A stretch of 32,000 bases of DNA from Geobacter metallireducens GS-15 (GTDB taxonomy: Bacteria; Desulfobacterota; Desulfuromonadia; Geobacterales; Geobacteraceae): NCBI RefSeq assembly GCF_000012925.1, contig NC_007517.1:690001-722000 (forward strand). The letters run 5' to 3'. Shown here one piece after another: positions 18,543 through 28,361 of this stretch (positions within the stretch are counted from its first letter, which is position 1; each line of letters begins with the position of its first letter). The position numbers were made by a program, and so were the translations under genes. The notes below the pieces were generated by a model that was not told the origin of the DNA, ran no database searches, and worked only from the letters and a program-made list of their open reading frames with translations.

Positions 18543-18989
18543 ATGGAACTGAATAATCTCAAGCCGGCGATCGGTGCGACTAAAGATAGGAAAAGAATTG
18601 GCCGTGGAACTGGTTCCGGTCATGGTAAAACTGCGACAAAAGGCCATAAAGGTCAAAAGGCACGTAGCGGTGGGAGCATAAAAGCCGGTTTCGAGGGGGG
18701 GCAGATGCCGATGCAGCGTCGTCTTCCCAAGCGCGGCTTCACTCCGCTTATGCGTAAGGATTATGCCATCGTCAACATTGGTCAATTGGACGTATTCGAA
18801 AGCGGCTCTACTGTGGATGCAGAGGCTCTTCTGAACGCAGGGTTGATAAGTGGCGTCAAGGACGGGATCAAGGTCCTTGCTGATGGTGATGTGACCAAGT
18901 CTCTCGTTGTCAAGGTTCACAAATACAGTGCAAAGGCAAAAGAGAAGATTGAAGCAGTTGGCGGTAAAATTGAGGAGATCACGCTTTGA
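18543..18989 (+). CDS. rplO: 50S ribosomal protein L15
   Basis: I chose the ATG at 18543 ([12 protein letters not shown]...), 8 nt after GAGG, giving 148 aa. The track start, GTG at 18534, adds 3 residues. [11 protein letters not shown] motif present. Confidence 0.93.
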   Translation: MELNNLKPAIGATKDRKRIGRGTGSGHGKTATKGHKGQKARSGGSIKAGFEGGQMPMQRRLPKRGFTPLMRKDYAIVNIGQLDVFESGSTVDAEALLNAGLISGVKDGIKVLADGDVTKSLVVKVHKYSAKAKEKIEAVGGKIEEITL

Positions 18990-20293
18990 TAGAGGCGTTT
19001 CAAAACATCTTCAGAATACCGGAACTTAAAAAGCGAGTTCTTTTTTCATTAGGGATGCTCGCCGTTTACCGGGTAGGGTGCCATATTCCGACTCCAGGGA
19101 TCGACAGCACCGCACTTGCACACTTCTTTGCACAAGCCCGTGGTACACTCCTCGGGCTTTTCGACATGTTTTCGGGGGGTGCTCTGGAGAAGCTTACGGT
19201 ATTTGCTCTGGGCATCATGCCGTACATTTCGTCCTCTATTATCTTTCAGTTGTTGACGGTAGTTGTCCCTGCCATCGAAAAACTTTCAAAAGAAGGCGAA
19301 TCTGGCCGCAAGAAGATTATTCAGTACACGCGGTATGGAACTATCGTTTTGAGCGTTGTTCAGGCTCTGGGCATTAGTATCGGACTCGAAAGCATGCGTG
19401 GACCAGCCGGTGAGCTTGTGGTGCCGAGTCCTGGCTGGGGATTTAGATTTATGACCGTTATTACTCTGACCGCTGGCACAGCCTTCATTATGTGGCTTGG
19501 CGAGCAGATGTCGGAGAAGGGCATTGGTAACGGTATCTCCTTGATCATTTTTGCCGGTATTGTTGCAAGGATTCCGGTGGCGCTGGGCAACTCGGTGCGG
19601 CTGCTCAAGACAGGTCAAATTTCTCTCTTTGTAATCTTGTTTATACTTGTTCTCATGTTCTTGGTTATCGCTGCGATCGTTTTTGTTGAGCGCGGCCAGC
19701 GCCGATTGCCAATACACTATGCTAAACGTGTCGTAGGGCTGAAGACGTACGGTGGTCAGACGTCCCACCTTCCTCTCAAGGTAAATATGGCGGGGGTAAT
19801 ACCGCCGATCTTTGCTTCTTCGATAATTATGTTTCCTGCAACAGTGGCAAACTTCATTAATATTCCCTGGGTCCAATCCGCAGCAAAGAGCCTGACGCCC
19901 GGCAACTGGGTATATGACATATTTTATGTTGCTTTTATCGTATTCTTCTGTTATTTCTACACGGCTGTTTCTTTTAACCCCGTCGATGTGGCAGATAACG
20001 TTAAAAAGCACGGCGGTTATATACCAGGCATTCGCCCCGGTAAGGAAACCTCCGAGTATTTGGATCGAGTGCTCACGAAGTTGACGTTTGCAGGTGCGAT
20101 TTATATTTCAGCTGTTTGCGTTCTTCCTTCTATTCTTATAGGTAAATTCAATTTGCCGTTTTACTTTGGAGGAACGGCGCTCCTTATTGCGGTGGGTGTG
20201 GGGATGGATACCGCTGCTCAGATTGAGTCCCATTTGATAACCCGGAGTTATGAAGGGTTTATGAAGGGGGTAAGGGTTAGGGGGAGGAAGTAG
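18986..20293 (+). CDS. secY: Preprotein translocase subunit SecY
   Basis: 435 aa, multi-pass membrane protein. The TTG start overlaps the rplO stop (TTGA). ...[22 protein letters not shown] is SecY-typical. Confidence 0.95.
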   Translation: MIEAFQNIFRIPELKKRVLFSLGMLAVYRVGCHIPTPGIDSTALAHFFAQARGTLLGLFDMFSGGALEKLTVFALGIMPYISSSIIFQLLTVVVPAIEKLSKEGESGRKKIIQYTRYGTIVLSVVQALGISIGLESMRGPAGELVVPSPGWGFRFMTVITLTAGTAFIMWLGEQMSEKGIGNGISLIIFAGIVARIPVALGNSVRLLKTGQISLFVILFILVLMFLVIAAIVFVERGQRRLPIHYAKRVVGLKTYGGQTSHLPLKVNMAGVIPPIFASSIIMFPATVANFINIPWVQSAAKSLTPGNWVYDIFYVAFIVFFCYFYTAVSFNPVDVADNVKKHGGYIPGIRPGKETSEYLDRVLTKLTFAGAIYISAVCVLPSILIGKFNLPFYFGGTALLIAVGVGMDTAAQIESHLITRSYEGFMKGVRVRGRK

Positions 20294-20961
20294 TGTCTGG
20301 AAATGAAAATGCGATGAATTTGATTTTCCTTGGTCCTCCTGGCGCAGGCAAGGGGACGCAAGCTAACCTTCTTGTCGGTACGTATGGCATTCCGCAGATT
20401 TCTACCGGTGATATCCTGCGGTCAGCCGTTGCGAATCAGACTTCGCTGGGGATCACGGCTAAGTCCTATATGGATGCCGGTTCGCTTGTTCCTGATGAAG
20501 TTGTCGTGGGTATTGTTAATGAGCGACTTGCGGCTGACGATTGTGCCGCTGGTTTTATTCTTGACGGATTCCCGCGGACTGTGGCCCAGGCTGATGCGCT
20601 GGGTGGCATGTTGCAGGGGGCTGGGCGGTCGATTGCCCATGTTATATCGTTCGAAGTGGACTATGCGGTGTTGGTTGATCGTCTGACGGGACGGCGCATG
20701 TGTAGGGCATGTGGTCGTGGTTTCCATGTTCTGTATGATCGGCCATCCGTGGAAGGGCGCTGTGATAGTTGTGGCGGGGAGCTTTATCAGAGAGATGATG
20801 ATAAAGTGGAGACAATCCGTCGTCGTCTTGATGTTTATGACGAGCAGACTGTTCCCCTTAAGTTGTATTATGAGCGTGCATCACTGCTGAGGAAGGTTGA
20901 TGCTCTTGGCTCAATAGAATCCGTTTCTCAATCAATTCAGAACATAGTGGCGAGTAGGTAG
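20293..20961 (+). CDS. adk: Adenylate kinase (Cys4 lid)
   Basis: P-loop GPPGAGKGTQ; lid CRACGRGF...CDSCGGEL. The GTG at 20293 is 5 nt after GGAGG and overlaps the secY stop by 1 nt. By homology the ATG at 20314 (MNLIFLGPPGAGKG) is the more typical N-terminus, so the start is uncertain. Confidence 0.9.
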   Translation: MSGNENAMNLIFLGPPGAGKGTQANLLVGTYGIPQISTGDILRSAVANQTSLGITAKSYMDAGSLVPDEVVVGIVNERLAADDCAAGFILDGFPRTVAQADALGGMLQGAGRSIAHVISFEVDYAVLVDRLTGRRMCRACGRGFHVLYDRPSVEGRCDSCGGELYQRDDDKVETIRRRLDVYDEQTVPLKLYYERASLLRKVDALGSIESVSQSIQNIVASR

Positions 20962-20962
20962 G

Positions 20963-21709
20963 GTGATTGTTCTAAAGTCACCCCAGGAAATTGAAAAAAT
21001 GCGCTCCGCTGGACAGATCGTGGCGGAGATTCTCGATATTTTGAGGTCTGAGGTACGGGCCGGCGTTACCACTTTGTTTCTTGACGGACTTGCAGAGTCA
21101 GAAGCGCGGAAGCGTAAGGCGGTGGCTGCATTCAAGGGGTATGGGGGGTTCCCTTATGCTCTTTGCTGCTCTCTTAATGAGCAGGTTGTTCATGGCATGC
21201 CAAGTAAGCGTGAATTAGTCGAGGGGGACATAGTCAGCCTCGATTTCGGTGTTGTTTACAGCGGATATTACGCTGATGCCGCTATAACAGTGCCTGTTTC
21301 GAAGGTTACTGCCCAAGCGGAGCGTCTTGTCAAGGTGACTGAAGAGTCTCTCTATTGTGCAATTGAGGCGGCAGTTCCCGGCAATAGGCTGTCAGATATT
21401 TCGCATGCAGTTCAGGGCTATGTGGAACGCCACGGATTTTCAGTCGTTAGGGATTTCGTGGGGCACGGGATCGGAAAGAAGCTTCACGAAAGTCCGCAGG
21501 TTCCGAATTTTGGCGAGCCTGGCCGGGGAGTCAGGTTGAAACCAGGAATGGTTCTCGCCATTGAGCCTATGATCAATGAGCGGAGCTATCAGGTGAAGGT
21601 GTTGGCTGATGGCTGGACGGCCGTCACATGTGATGGTGGCCTGTCAGCTCATTTTGAACATACTGTTGCTATAACGGAGCATGGTCCGGAAATACTCAGT
21701 AAACTCTAG
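20963..21709 (+). CDS. map: Methionine aminopeptidase, type I
   Basis: 248 aa. GTG start 1 nt after the adk stop. ...VVHGMP...DIVSLDFG...GHGIG...LAIEPM...FEHTV carries the metal-ligand motifs. Confidence 0.95.
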   Translation: MIVLKSPQEIEKMRSAGQIVAEILDILRSEVRAGVTTLFLDGLAESEARKRKAVAAFKGYGGFPYALCCSLNEQVVHGMPSKRELVEGDIVSLDFGVVYSGYYADAAITVPVSKVTAQAERLVKVTEESLYCAIEAAVPGNRLSDISHAVQGYVERHGFSVVRDFVGHGIGKKLHESPQVPNFGEPGRGVRLKPGMVLAIEPMINERSYQVKVLADGWTAVTCDGGLSAHFEHTVAITEHGPEILSKL

Positions 21710-21738
21710 TCGCATTCGAGGCATCGAAAGGATAAACG

Positions 21739-21852
21739 ATGAAAGTAAGGGCATCAGTAAAAAAAATTTGTGACAAATGCAAGATAATCAAGCGCAAGGG
21801 AATTGTTCGTGTAATTTGCGAAACGCCCAAGCATACCCAGAGACAAGGCTAA
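21739..21852 (+). CDS. rpmJ: 50S ribosomal protein L36 (zinc-binding form)
   Basis: Not in the ORF track (37 aa). My hand translation is [37 protein letters not shown], with CxxC...C...H. AAAGGA lies 6 nt upstream. Confidence 0.93.
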   Translation: MKVRASVKKICDKCKIIKRKGIVRVICETPKHTQRQG

Positions 21853-21876
21853 GAGACTACAGAGGAGGACCGCGCA

Positions 21877-22245
21877 TTGGCACGCATCGCAGGCATTGAC
21901 CTACCAAGAAACAAGCGGATAGAAATCGCGCTCACTTATATCTACGGGATCGGGCGTACAACAGCACAAAAGATCCTGGCTGAGTCAGGTGTCAGCGTAG
22001 ATACGAGAACTGACAGCCTGACCGAGGCTGAAGTAGCCAAGATTAGGGAATTTATCGATAAGAATATCAAGGTAGAGGGTGACCTTCGCCGCGATGTGTC
22101 TATGAACATCAAACGGCTCATGGACCTCGGGTGTTACCGTGGACTCCGTCATCGGAAGGGGCTTCCCGTTCGCGGACAGAGAACGAAGACCAATGCACGT
22201 ACGCGCAAAGGTCCTGCCAGAACGGTTGCAGGTAAGAAGAAATAG
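21877..22245 (+). CDS. rpsM: 30S ribosomal protein S13
   Basis: 122 aa. TTG start preceded by [23 protein letters not shown] is the universal S13 N-terminus. Confidence 0.96.
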   Translation: MARIAGIDLPRNKRIEIALTYIYGIGRTTAQKILAESGVSVDTRTDSLTEAEVAKIREFIDKNIKVEGDLRRDVSMNIKRLMDLGCYRGLRHRKGLPVRGQRTKTNARTRKGPARTVAGKKK

Positions 22246-22267
22246 ACCATAAGAGTCTGGAGGAATA

Positions 22268-22663
22268 ATGGCAAGCCCGGCTAAAAAAGTTGTCAAGAAG
22301 AAGAAGGAAAAAAAGAATATTCCTAATGGAGTGGCCCACATTCAGGCTACGTTCAATAATACTATCATCACCATAACTGATCCTGCTGGTAATGTGGTTG
22401 CTTGGTCTTCTGCTGGCGGCAAAGGCTTTAAGGGCTCTCGTAAGAGTACGCCGTTCGCTGCTCAGGTTGCAGCAGAGGACTGCGCGAAAAAGGCTCAGGA
22501 TCATGGCATGCGTAGTGTCGAAGTGTATGTGAAAGGTCCTGGATCTGGTCGTGAGTCTGCTTTGCGTGCTCTTCAGGCTGCTGGTTTTCATGTCAACTTC
22601 ATCCGTGACGTCACGCCGATTCCCCATAACGGCTGTCGTCCGCCGAAGCGCAGAAGGGTCTAA
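22268..22663 (+). CDS. rpsK: 30S ribosomal protein S11
   Basis: 131 aa with a Lys-rich N-terminus, then [18 protein letters not shown]. Confidence 0.97.
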   Translation: MASPAKKVVKKKKEKKNIPNGVAHIQATFNNTIITITDPAGNVVAWSSAGGKGFKGSRKSTPFAAQVAAEDCAKKAQDHGMRSVEVYVKGPGSGRESALRALQAAGFHVNFIRDVTPIPHNGCRPPKRRRV

Positions 22664-22706
22664 TAAAACAGCACGTCGAGTACGTTTCAAGTAAAGGAGG
22701 TCAACG

Positions 22707-23333
22707 TTGGCTAGATATACAGGTCCTTCCTGCAGGCTTTGCAGGCGGGAAAACATGGAGTTGTTTCTCAAGGGTGAGCGTTGTTACACTGACAAGTGTG
22801 CCATAAAGCGTAGGAATTATCCTCCCGGCCAGCATGGTCAGGGAAGGCCGAAGGTTTCCAACTACGGGATTCAGCTTCGGGAGAAGCAGAAGGTTCGTCG
22901 GATTTACGGCGTACTTGAGAAACAGTTCCGCAGTTACTTTGAAGAGGCTGACCGGATGCGGGGCGTTACGGGTGAGAATCTGCTTTCACTCCTTGAACGG
23001 CGCCTTGATAACGTAGTATATCGCCTCGGCTTTGCTTCCTCTCGTACAGAGGCAAGGATTCTGGTCCGCCACAATCACTTCACCCTTAATGGAAGAAAAG
23101 CGAATATTCCCTCTATCCAACTCAAGGCTGGTGATGTGGTTGTGCTGAAAGAAAAGAGCCGCAAGATTGCCTGCATCAATGAATCCCTTGATGCGGTCGT
23201 TCGCCGTGGGACCCCTCAGTGGCTTGAGCTTGACAAAGAAGGCTACAAAGGCGTTGTAAAACTGCTCCCCGCTCGCGAGGACATTGCAATGCCGATTCAG
23301 GAGCAACTGATCGTCGAGCTTTACTCCAAGTAA
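22707..23333 (+). CDS. rpsD: 30S ribosomal protein S4 (N-terminal Cys4)
   Basis: 208 aa. TTG start preceded by [39 protein letters not shown]. Confidence 0.96.
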   Translation: MARYTGPSCRLCRRENMELFLKGERCYTDKCAIKRRNYPPGQHGQGRPKVSNYGIQLREKQKVRRIYGVLEKQFRSYFEEADRMRGVTGENLLSLLERRLDNVVYRLGFASSRTEARILVRHNHFTLNGRKANIPSIQLKAGDVVVLKEKSRKIACINESLDAVVRRGTPQWLELDKEGYKGVVKLLPAREDIAMPIQEQLIVELYSK

Positions 23334-23366
23334 CAAGCGAACAGACCCGTAACAGGGAGGATATGC

Positions 23367-24389
23367 ATGTACAGAAACTGGCGTGACCTGATCAGCCCCA
23401 AGAAGCTTCAGGTTGAGAGTGAATCGCTTACCAATACATACGGAAAATTTTTTGCTGAGCCCTTCGAACGTGGATTTGGAACGACACTCGGAAACTCGCT
23501 GCGAAGAGTGCTTCTTTCATCACTTCAGGGTGCCGCGATTTCTTCCGTGAAAATTAAGGGAGTGCTCCACGAGTTTTCATCCATCCCCGGTGTGACTGAG
23601 GATGTTACGAATATCATACTCAATCTCAAAGGTGTCAGCCTCAAGATGCACGGAAATGAGGCCCGCACAGTACGTATTATTCACAAAGGTGACGGGATTG
23701 TTAAGGCAGGCGATATTGTCACCGATGCAAATGTTGAAATTCTGAACCCAGACCACCATATTGCCACCTGTTCGAAGGATGCCAATCTGGAGATGGAGAT
23801 GGTGGTAAAGCTGGGCAAGGGGTATGTGCCTTCGGATCGTAACCGTGATGAGAAGGCTCCGGTTGGAACGATGCCGATCGATGCCATATTCTCTCCCATC
23901 AAGAAAGTGAATTTCACTGTCTCAAATGCTCGTGTAGGTCAAATGACCGACTATGACAAGCTGACTCTTGAAGTCTGGACGAACGGCAGTGTTGTTCCGG
24001 AAGATGCTGTTGCGTTTGCTGCAAAGATTCTTAAGGAGCAACTGAGCATTTTTATCAACTTCGATGAAGAAGCCGAACCTGCTGAGGAAGCGGAAACCGA
24101 GGAGGAGCGTGAACGGGTTAACGAGAACCTTTATCGCTCCGTAGACGAGCTCGAACTGTCCGTACGCTCGGCAAACTGCCTCAAAAATGCCGGTATCAAG
24201 ATGATTGGCGAACTTGTTTCGCGTTCCGAGGCTGAGATGCTCAAGACACAAAACTTCGGGCGCAAATCCCTGAACGAGATCAAGGATATTCTCGCAGATA
24301 TGGGACTTACTCTCGGGATGAAGCTGGATGGCTTCCCTGACCCTGAGGTTATGCGTAGGATCCGTGGGGAGCGGAAGGACGAAGAATAA
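23367..24389 (+). CDS. rpoA: DNA-directed RNA polymerase subunit alpha
   Basis: 340 aa. N-terminal domain ...[18 protein letters not shown]-terminal domain ...[23 protein letters not shown]. Confidence 0.97.
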   Translation: MYRNWRDLISPKKLQVESESLTNTYGKFFAEPFERGFGTTLGNSLRRVLLSSLQGAAISSVKIKGVLHEFSSIPGVTEDVTNIILNLKGVSLKMHGNEARTVRIIHKGDGIVKAGDIVTDANVEILNPDHHIATCSKDANLEMEMVVKLGKGYVPSDRNRDEKAPVGTMPIDAIFSPIKKVNFTVSNARVGQMTDYDKLTLEVWTNGSVVPEDAVAFAAKILKEQLSIFINFDEEAEPAEEAETEEERERVNENLYRSVDELELSVRSANCLKNAGIKMIGELVSRSEAEMLKTQNFGRKSLNEIKDILADMGLTLGMKLDGFPDPEVMRRIRGERKDEE

Positions 24390-24422
24390 TTGCTAGGTTT
24401 CCTGAAGAAAGGATTATAGGTT

Positions 24423-24959
24423 ATGCGTCACAATAAGGCAGGGAGAAGACTTGGAAGAACCACGAGCCACCGGATAGCGATGTTTCGTAACATGGTGACC
24501 TCGTTTCTGGAGCATGAGCGGATCACTACCACTGATGCGAAGGCAAAAGAGCTCCGTTCCATCGCTGAAAAAATGATTACATTGGGCAAAAGAGGTGATC
24601 TGCATGCACAGCGTCAGGCTGCCTCCTATATCCGGGACAAGAAAGTCGTTACCAAGCTTTTCTCGACCATAGCCCCCCGCTACAAAGAGCGTGATGGCGG
24701 ATATACGCGTATCATCAAGCTCGGCATCCGTCCGGGCGACAATGCTCCACTGTCTGTCATAGAGCTCGTTGAGGAGCAGGTGAACAAAAAAGAAAAGAAG
24801 GCCAAACCGGCCAAGGCAGCTATCGTTGCAACAGCACCTGCTGTCGAGCAAGCTGCCGTTCTCACCTCCCCTGCTGACGAACCAGTAGTTGCCGAGGAAA
24901 ACGCTCCTCAGTCCGCTGTTAAGGATGCGGTCGATGAGTGTGAAGGCAAAGCAGACTAA
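24423..24959 (+). CDS. rplQ: 50S ribosomal protein L17 with a long C-terminal extension
   Basis: 178 aa. The conserved core runs from [17 protein letters not shown] to ...[25 protein letters not shown] (about residue 116). A Lys-, Ala- and Glu-rich tail of about 62 aa follows. Confidence 0.96.
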   Translation: MRHNKAGRRLGRTTSHRIAMFRNMVTSFLEHERITTTDAKAKELRSIAEKMITLGKRGDLHAQRQAASYIRDKKVVTKLFSTIAPRYKERDGGYTRIIKLGIRPGDNAPLSVIELVEEQVNKKEKKAKPAKAAIVATAPAVEQAAVLTSPADEPVVAEENAPQSAVKDAVDECEGKAD

Positions 24960-24980
24960 GTTGTCGGATGTTCATAGTGT

Positions 24981-25020
24981 AAGCAAAAGAGGCAAGGGTA
25001 ACCTTGCCTCTTTTGCTTTT
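24981..25020. terminator. Rho-independent terminator closing the ribosomal array (possibly bidirectional)
   Basis: Perfect inverted repeat AGCAAAAGAGGCAAGG / CCTTGCCTCTTTTGCT (24982-24997 and 25002-25017), extended by one A:T pair, with a GTAA loop and then TTT. It lies 22 nt after the rplQ stop and 114 nt from the stop of the convergent permease gene. Confidence 0.8.
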
Positions 25021-25133
25021 GGGACAGTTCAGTTGTGGATTTCAAACGTGAGCTTTCGTGATCATGCTGTCTTCCGGCCCAAGCCAAGACGTCTATAATT
25101 TCCCCTCTCCCCTATAACCTTCTTGCCACCTTC

Positions 25134-26264
25134 CTACGCCAGGGTCTTCCGGAACCGTTTCACTGCAAACCCCAGAATGACACTTCCCAGCACCAGCAGA
25201 CCCGTCATCTGGGGCCAGAGAATATCGACCCCCACCCCTTTCAAAAAAATCCCCCGAATGATGACCAGATAGTAGCGGAGCGGGTTCAGATAGGTGAAGT
25301 ACTGGATCACCCGTGGCATGTTCTCGATGGGGAAGGCGAACCCCGAGAGGAGCATGGCGGGGAAGATGAAAAAGAATGAGCTCATCATGGCCTGCTGCTG
25401 GGTGGTGCTGATGGTGGAGATGAAGAGCCCGAAGCCGAGAGTGCTCATGAGAAAGAGGGCGGTTGAGCCGAAAAGGAGGGGCAGGCTTCCCCGGATGGGA
25501 ACCTGGAACCAGAATTTCGACACAGCAGTGATGACTGCCACATCGATGAAGCCGATGAGGACGAAGGGGATGGTCTTGCCGAGAATGAATTCACTCCTGG
25601 AGATGGGGGTGACGATTATCTGCTCCATGGTGCCGATCTCCTTCTCGCGCACCACGGCCATGCCGGAGAGGAGCATGGTGATGATGAGGACGATATTGGC
25701 GATGACTGCTGGCACGTAGTAGTTGCTGCTCTCCAGGTTCTCGTTGAACCAGGCGCGGCTCTGGAGTTGGACGCCACCCGCGAAGACACGTGCCCCTGCG
25801 CTTCGGGGGAGTTGGGCTCCCCGCAGTTCGTCGTTAAGGCGGGCGGTGATCCGCGATGCATAGTTCAGGACGATGCCGGCGGTATTGGAGTCGGTGCCGT
25901 CCAGGATGATCTGGAGCGGAGCCGTGCGTCCTCCCCCCAGCCCGGCGCCGAAGCCCCGGTTTATCCGGAGGATTGCCTTCACCTCCCCCCGGTCCATGAG
26001 CTCCCGTACGCGGCTTTCATGGTTGATCCGCTGGGTGATGAGGAAGTACCCCGATCGCTGGAACCGGGCGACCAAGTCCCGGCTTTCGGGGGAGTTGTCC
26101 AGGTCGTAGACAGCGGTCGTCACGTTCCGTACGTCGGTGTTCACCGCATAGCCGAAGATCACCGTCTGAACGGCGGGGATTATGAAGAGAATGAAGCGCA
26201 TTCGGGGATCCCGAAGGGCCTGGATGATTTCTTTTACTAGCATGCATCTGAGCCGCTCCAGCAT
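25134..26264 (-). CDS. ABC-2 type transporter permease (YbhS/YbhR-like architecture)
   Basis: 376 aa. One N-terminal TM, a soluble loop of about 150 aa, then a C-terminal bundle of about 5 TMs. It is a paralogue of the upstream permease (GFAFPIENMP...LKGVG versus GFIFPIENMP...LKGVG). Last gene of the operon. Confidence 0.88.
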   Translation of the reverse strand: MLERLRCMLVKEIIQALRDPRMRFILFIIPAVQTVIFGYAVNTDVRNVTTAVYDLDNSPESRDLVARFQRSGYFLITQRINHESRVRELMDRGEVKAILRINRGFGAGLGGGRTAPLQIILDGTDSNTAGIVLNYASRITARLNDELRGAQLPRSAGARVFAGGVQLQSRAWFNENLESSNYYVPAVIANIVLIITMLLSGMAVVREKEIGTMEQIIVTPISRSEFILGKTIPFVLIGFIDVAVITAVSKFWFQVPIRGSLPLLFGSTALFLMSTLGFGLFISTISTTQQQAMMSSFFFIFPAMLLSGFAFPIENMPRVIQYFTYLNPLRYYLVIIRGIFLKGVGVDILWPQMTGLLVLGSVILGFAVKRFRKTLA

Positions 26265-26268
26265 CGCC

Positions 26269-27402
26269 TCACTCCACCTTCTTCCGGAATTTTTTTACCG
26301 CCAGGGCCAGGACCACCACTCCGAAGACCGCCAGAAACGCCGCCTCCGGTGCCAGCACGCCGAGCCCCACTCCCTTCAGATAGATATCCCGCAGGATGGT
26401 GACAAAGTAGCGGGCCGTAATGATGTGGGTTACTGCCTGGATGGGGGGAGGCATGTTCTCGATGGGGAAGATGAAGCCGGAGAGGAGGAATGCCGGGAGC
26501 ATGGTGGTCACCATGGCGGTCTGGGAGGCGAGTCGCTGGTTCTTGGTGACGATGCTGATGAGGAGCCCGAAGGCGAGGGCGCAGGTGAGAAAGATGAGCG
26601 ACATGGCGAACAGGAGCCAGAGGCTCCCCCGCAGCGGGATGTCAAAGACGAACTCCCCCACCAGGACCGAGAGGACCAGGTCGAGGATGCCGATGGCGAA
26701 ATAGGGGATGAGTTTGCCGACGATGAGCTCCGCCCCCCGGAGCGGGGTGGTGATGAGTTGCTCCATGGTGCCGGTTTCCCACTCCCTAGCCACGGTGAGG
26801 GAGGTGAGGAGCGCGGCGATGACCATCATGATGACCGCGATGAGCCCCGGGAAGATGTAGTTGCGGGAGACCATGTCGGTGTTGAACCAGACCCGGGGGC
26901 GCACATCCACGCTGCCGGCGGCGGGAACAGGCCCGAAGCGTCGGGTCTGCTCAAGGACCACCTCCCGGGCCCAGACAGAGGTCACGGCCTCGGCATACCC
27001 CAAGGCGATGGTGGCAGTGTTGGAGTCGCTCCCGTCCAGGATCAGTTGCACCGGCGCCGGCATCCCCGTCCGAACCTTGCGGGCGAAATCGGTGGGGATC
27101 ACCAGGGCCATGAGGACGTCGCGCCGGTCGATGGCAATCTCGATTTCCCGGTAGGTGCCGACGCGCCCAGCCAGGGTGAAGTAACGGGAGCCGGCGAAGT
27201 GGCTGATGAAGTCCCGGCTCTCGGGGGTGGCGCTCTGGTCCCAGACCATGAGCGGCACCCGGTCCACGTCCAGGGTGAGGGCGTAGCCGAAGAGAAAGAG
27301 CAGCAGCATCGGAATCGCGATCCCCATGCCGAGGCTCCGGGGATCCCGAAAGACGTGAATGAATTCCTTGCGGGCCACGGCCGCCACGCGCTGGAGCTTC
27401 AT
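26269..27402 (-). CDS. ABC-2 type transporter permease (YbhS/YbhR-like architecture)
   Basis: 377 aa with the same architecture as its paralogue. Its start overlaps the upstream ATPase stop (ATGA), and its stop is 4 nt before the next start. Confidence 0.88.
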   Translation of the reverse strand: MKLQRVAAVARKEFIHVFRDPRSLGMGIAIPMLLLFLFGYALTLDVDRVPLMVWDQSATPESRDFISHFAGSRYFTLAGRVGTYREIEIAIDRRDVLMALVIPTDFARKVRTGMPAPVQLILDGSDSNTATIALGYAEAVTSVWAREVVLEQTRRFGPVPAAGSVDVRPRVWFNTDMVSRNYIFPGLIAVIMMVIAALLTSLTVAREWETGTMEQLITTPLRGAELIVGKLIPYFAIGILDLVLSVLVGEFVFDIPLRGSLWLLFAMSLIFLTCALAFGLLISIVTKNQRLASQTAMVTTMLPAFLLSGFIFPIENMPPPIQAVTHIITARYFVTILRDIYLKGVGLGVLAPEAAFLAVFGVVVLALAVKKFRKKVE

Positions 27403-28361
27403 CGTCTGAACTCCCGTTGGGGCGCGGTCTCCCGGTCCCTGGCCTCGATGAGGGAGACGAAGACATCCTCCAGGGAGGGGACGATCCGCTCGATGCCGTC
27501 CACGGTGAAGCCTCCGGCGGCAAGCGACTCCTGGATGGCCGGGATCGCCTCGTCGGCCCGCTGGGCAACAACATGGAGCGTCCGTCCGAAGAGGGCGGTG
27601 TGTCCCATGCCGGGGATGGCCTCGATGGTCTCCATGGCATCCTGGGGCTGACTGCAGCGCACCTCCACGATCTCCTCCTCCATGAAGCGGGTCTTCAGCT
27701 CCGCCGGGGTTCCCAGGGCGATGAGTTCCCCCCGGTAGATGAGGGCCAGGCGGTCGCAGTATTCGGCCTCATCCATGTAGTGGGTGGTGACGAAGACGGT
27801 GACCCCGCCGCCGGCCAGGTGGTAGATCAGGTCCCAGAAGTTGCGGCGGCTGACGGGGTCCACGCCCGAGGTGGGTTCGTCCAGGAAGATGATGGGGGGC
27901 TCGTGGAGAACGGCGCATCCCAAGGCCAGCCGCTGCTTCCAGCCGCCGGAGAGGATTGCGGTCTTGGAGGTCCGGTGCTCCGTCAGCCCCGCCATCCGGA
28001 TGACCCACTCCTTGCGCTCCTTCTTTTTGGCGTCGGGAATCCGGTAGATGCCGCTGTAGAAATCGATGTTCTCCTCCACGGTCAGGTCTTCGTAGAGGGA
28101 GAACTTCTGGCTCATGTAGCCGATGTTCTTCTTGATCTCCTCGGGTTGCCGGACGATGTCGAAGCCGGCCACGGTGCCGCTCCCCGCAGTGGGCTGGAGA
28201 ATGCCGCAGAGCATCCGGATGGTGGTGGATTTTCCCGCGCCGTTGGGGCCCAGGAAGCCGAAGATCTCGCCCCGTTTCACGTCGAGGCTCACCCGGTTCA
28301 CAGCCACGAAATCGCCGAAACGCTTTTCCAGGTTGCGGAGGGTGACCGCCAAGTCGCTCAT
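27399..28361 (-). CDS. ABC transporter ATP-binding protein (canonical motifs)
   Basis: 320 aa. Walker A GPNGAGKST, Q-loop MSQKF, signature LSGGWKQR, Walker B IIFLDEPT, H-loop VTTHYMDEAE. ATGA overlap with the upstream ATPase gene. Confidence 0.94.
   Translation of the reverse strand: MSDLAVTLRNLEKRFGDFVAVNRVSLDVKRGEIFGFLGPNGAGKSTTIRMLCGILQPTAGSGTVAGFDIVRQPEEIKKNIGYMSQKFSLYEDLTVEENIDFYSGIYRIPDAKKKERKEWVIRMAGLTEHRTSKTAILSGGWKQRLALGCAVLHEPPIIFLDEPTSGVDPVSRRNFWDLIYHLAGGGVTVFVTTHYMDEAEYCDRLALIYRGELIALGTPAELKTRFMEEEIVEVRCSQPQDAMETIEAIPGMGHTALFGRTLHVVAQRADEAIPAIQESLAAGGFTVDGIERIVPSLEDVFVSLIEARDRETAPQREFRR

Noticed and set aside
21759-21766. An A8 homopolymer inside rpmJ (codons V-K-K-I) as a possible slippage site
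   Set aside because: It simply encodes the conserved Lys-Lys. There is no alternative-frame ORF of any length.
24889-25098. A 69-aa plus-strand ORF spanning the rplQ tail and the terminator
   Set aside because: It is out of frame within rplQ and reads straight through a perfect terminator hairpin. It has no SD.
25094-25099. A perfect TATAAT hexamer downstream of the rplQ terminator
   Set aside because: There is no acceptable -35 at 17 nt (TTCCGG). A plus-strand transcript from here would only be antisense to the permease gene. It is likely chance.
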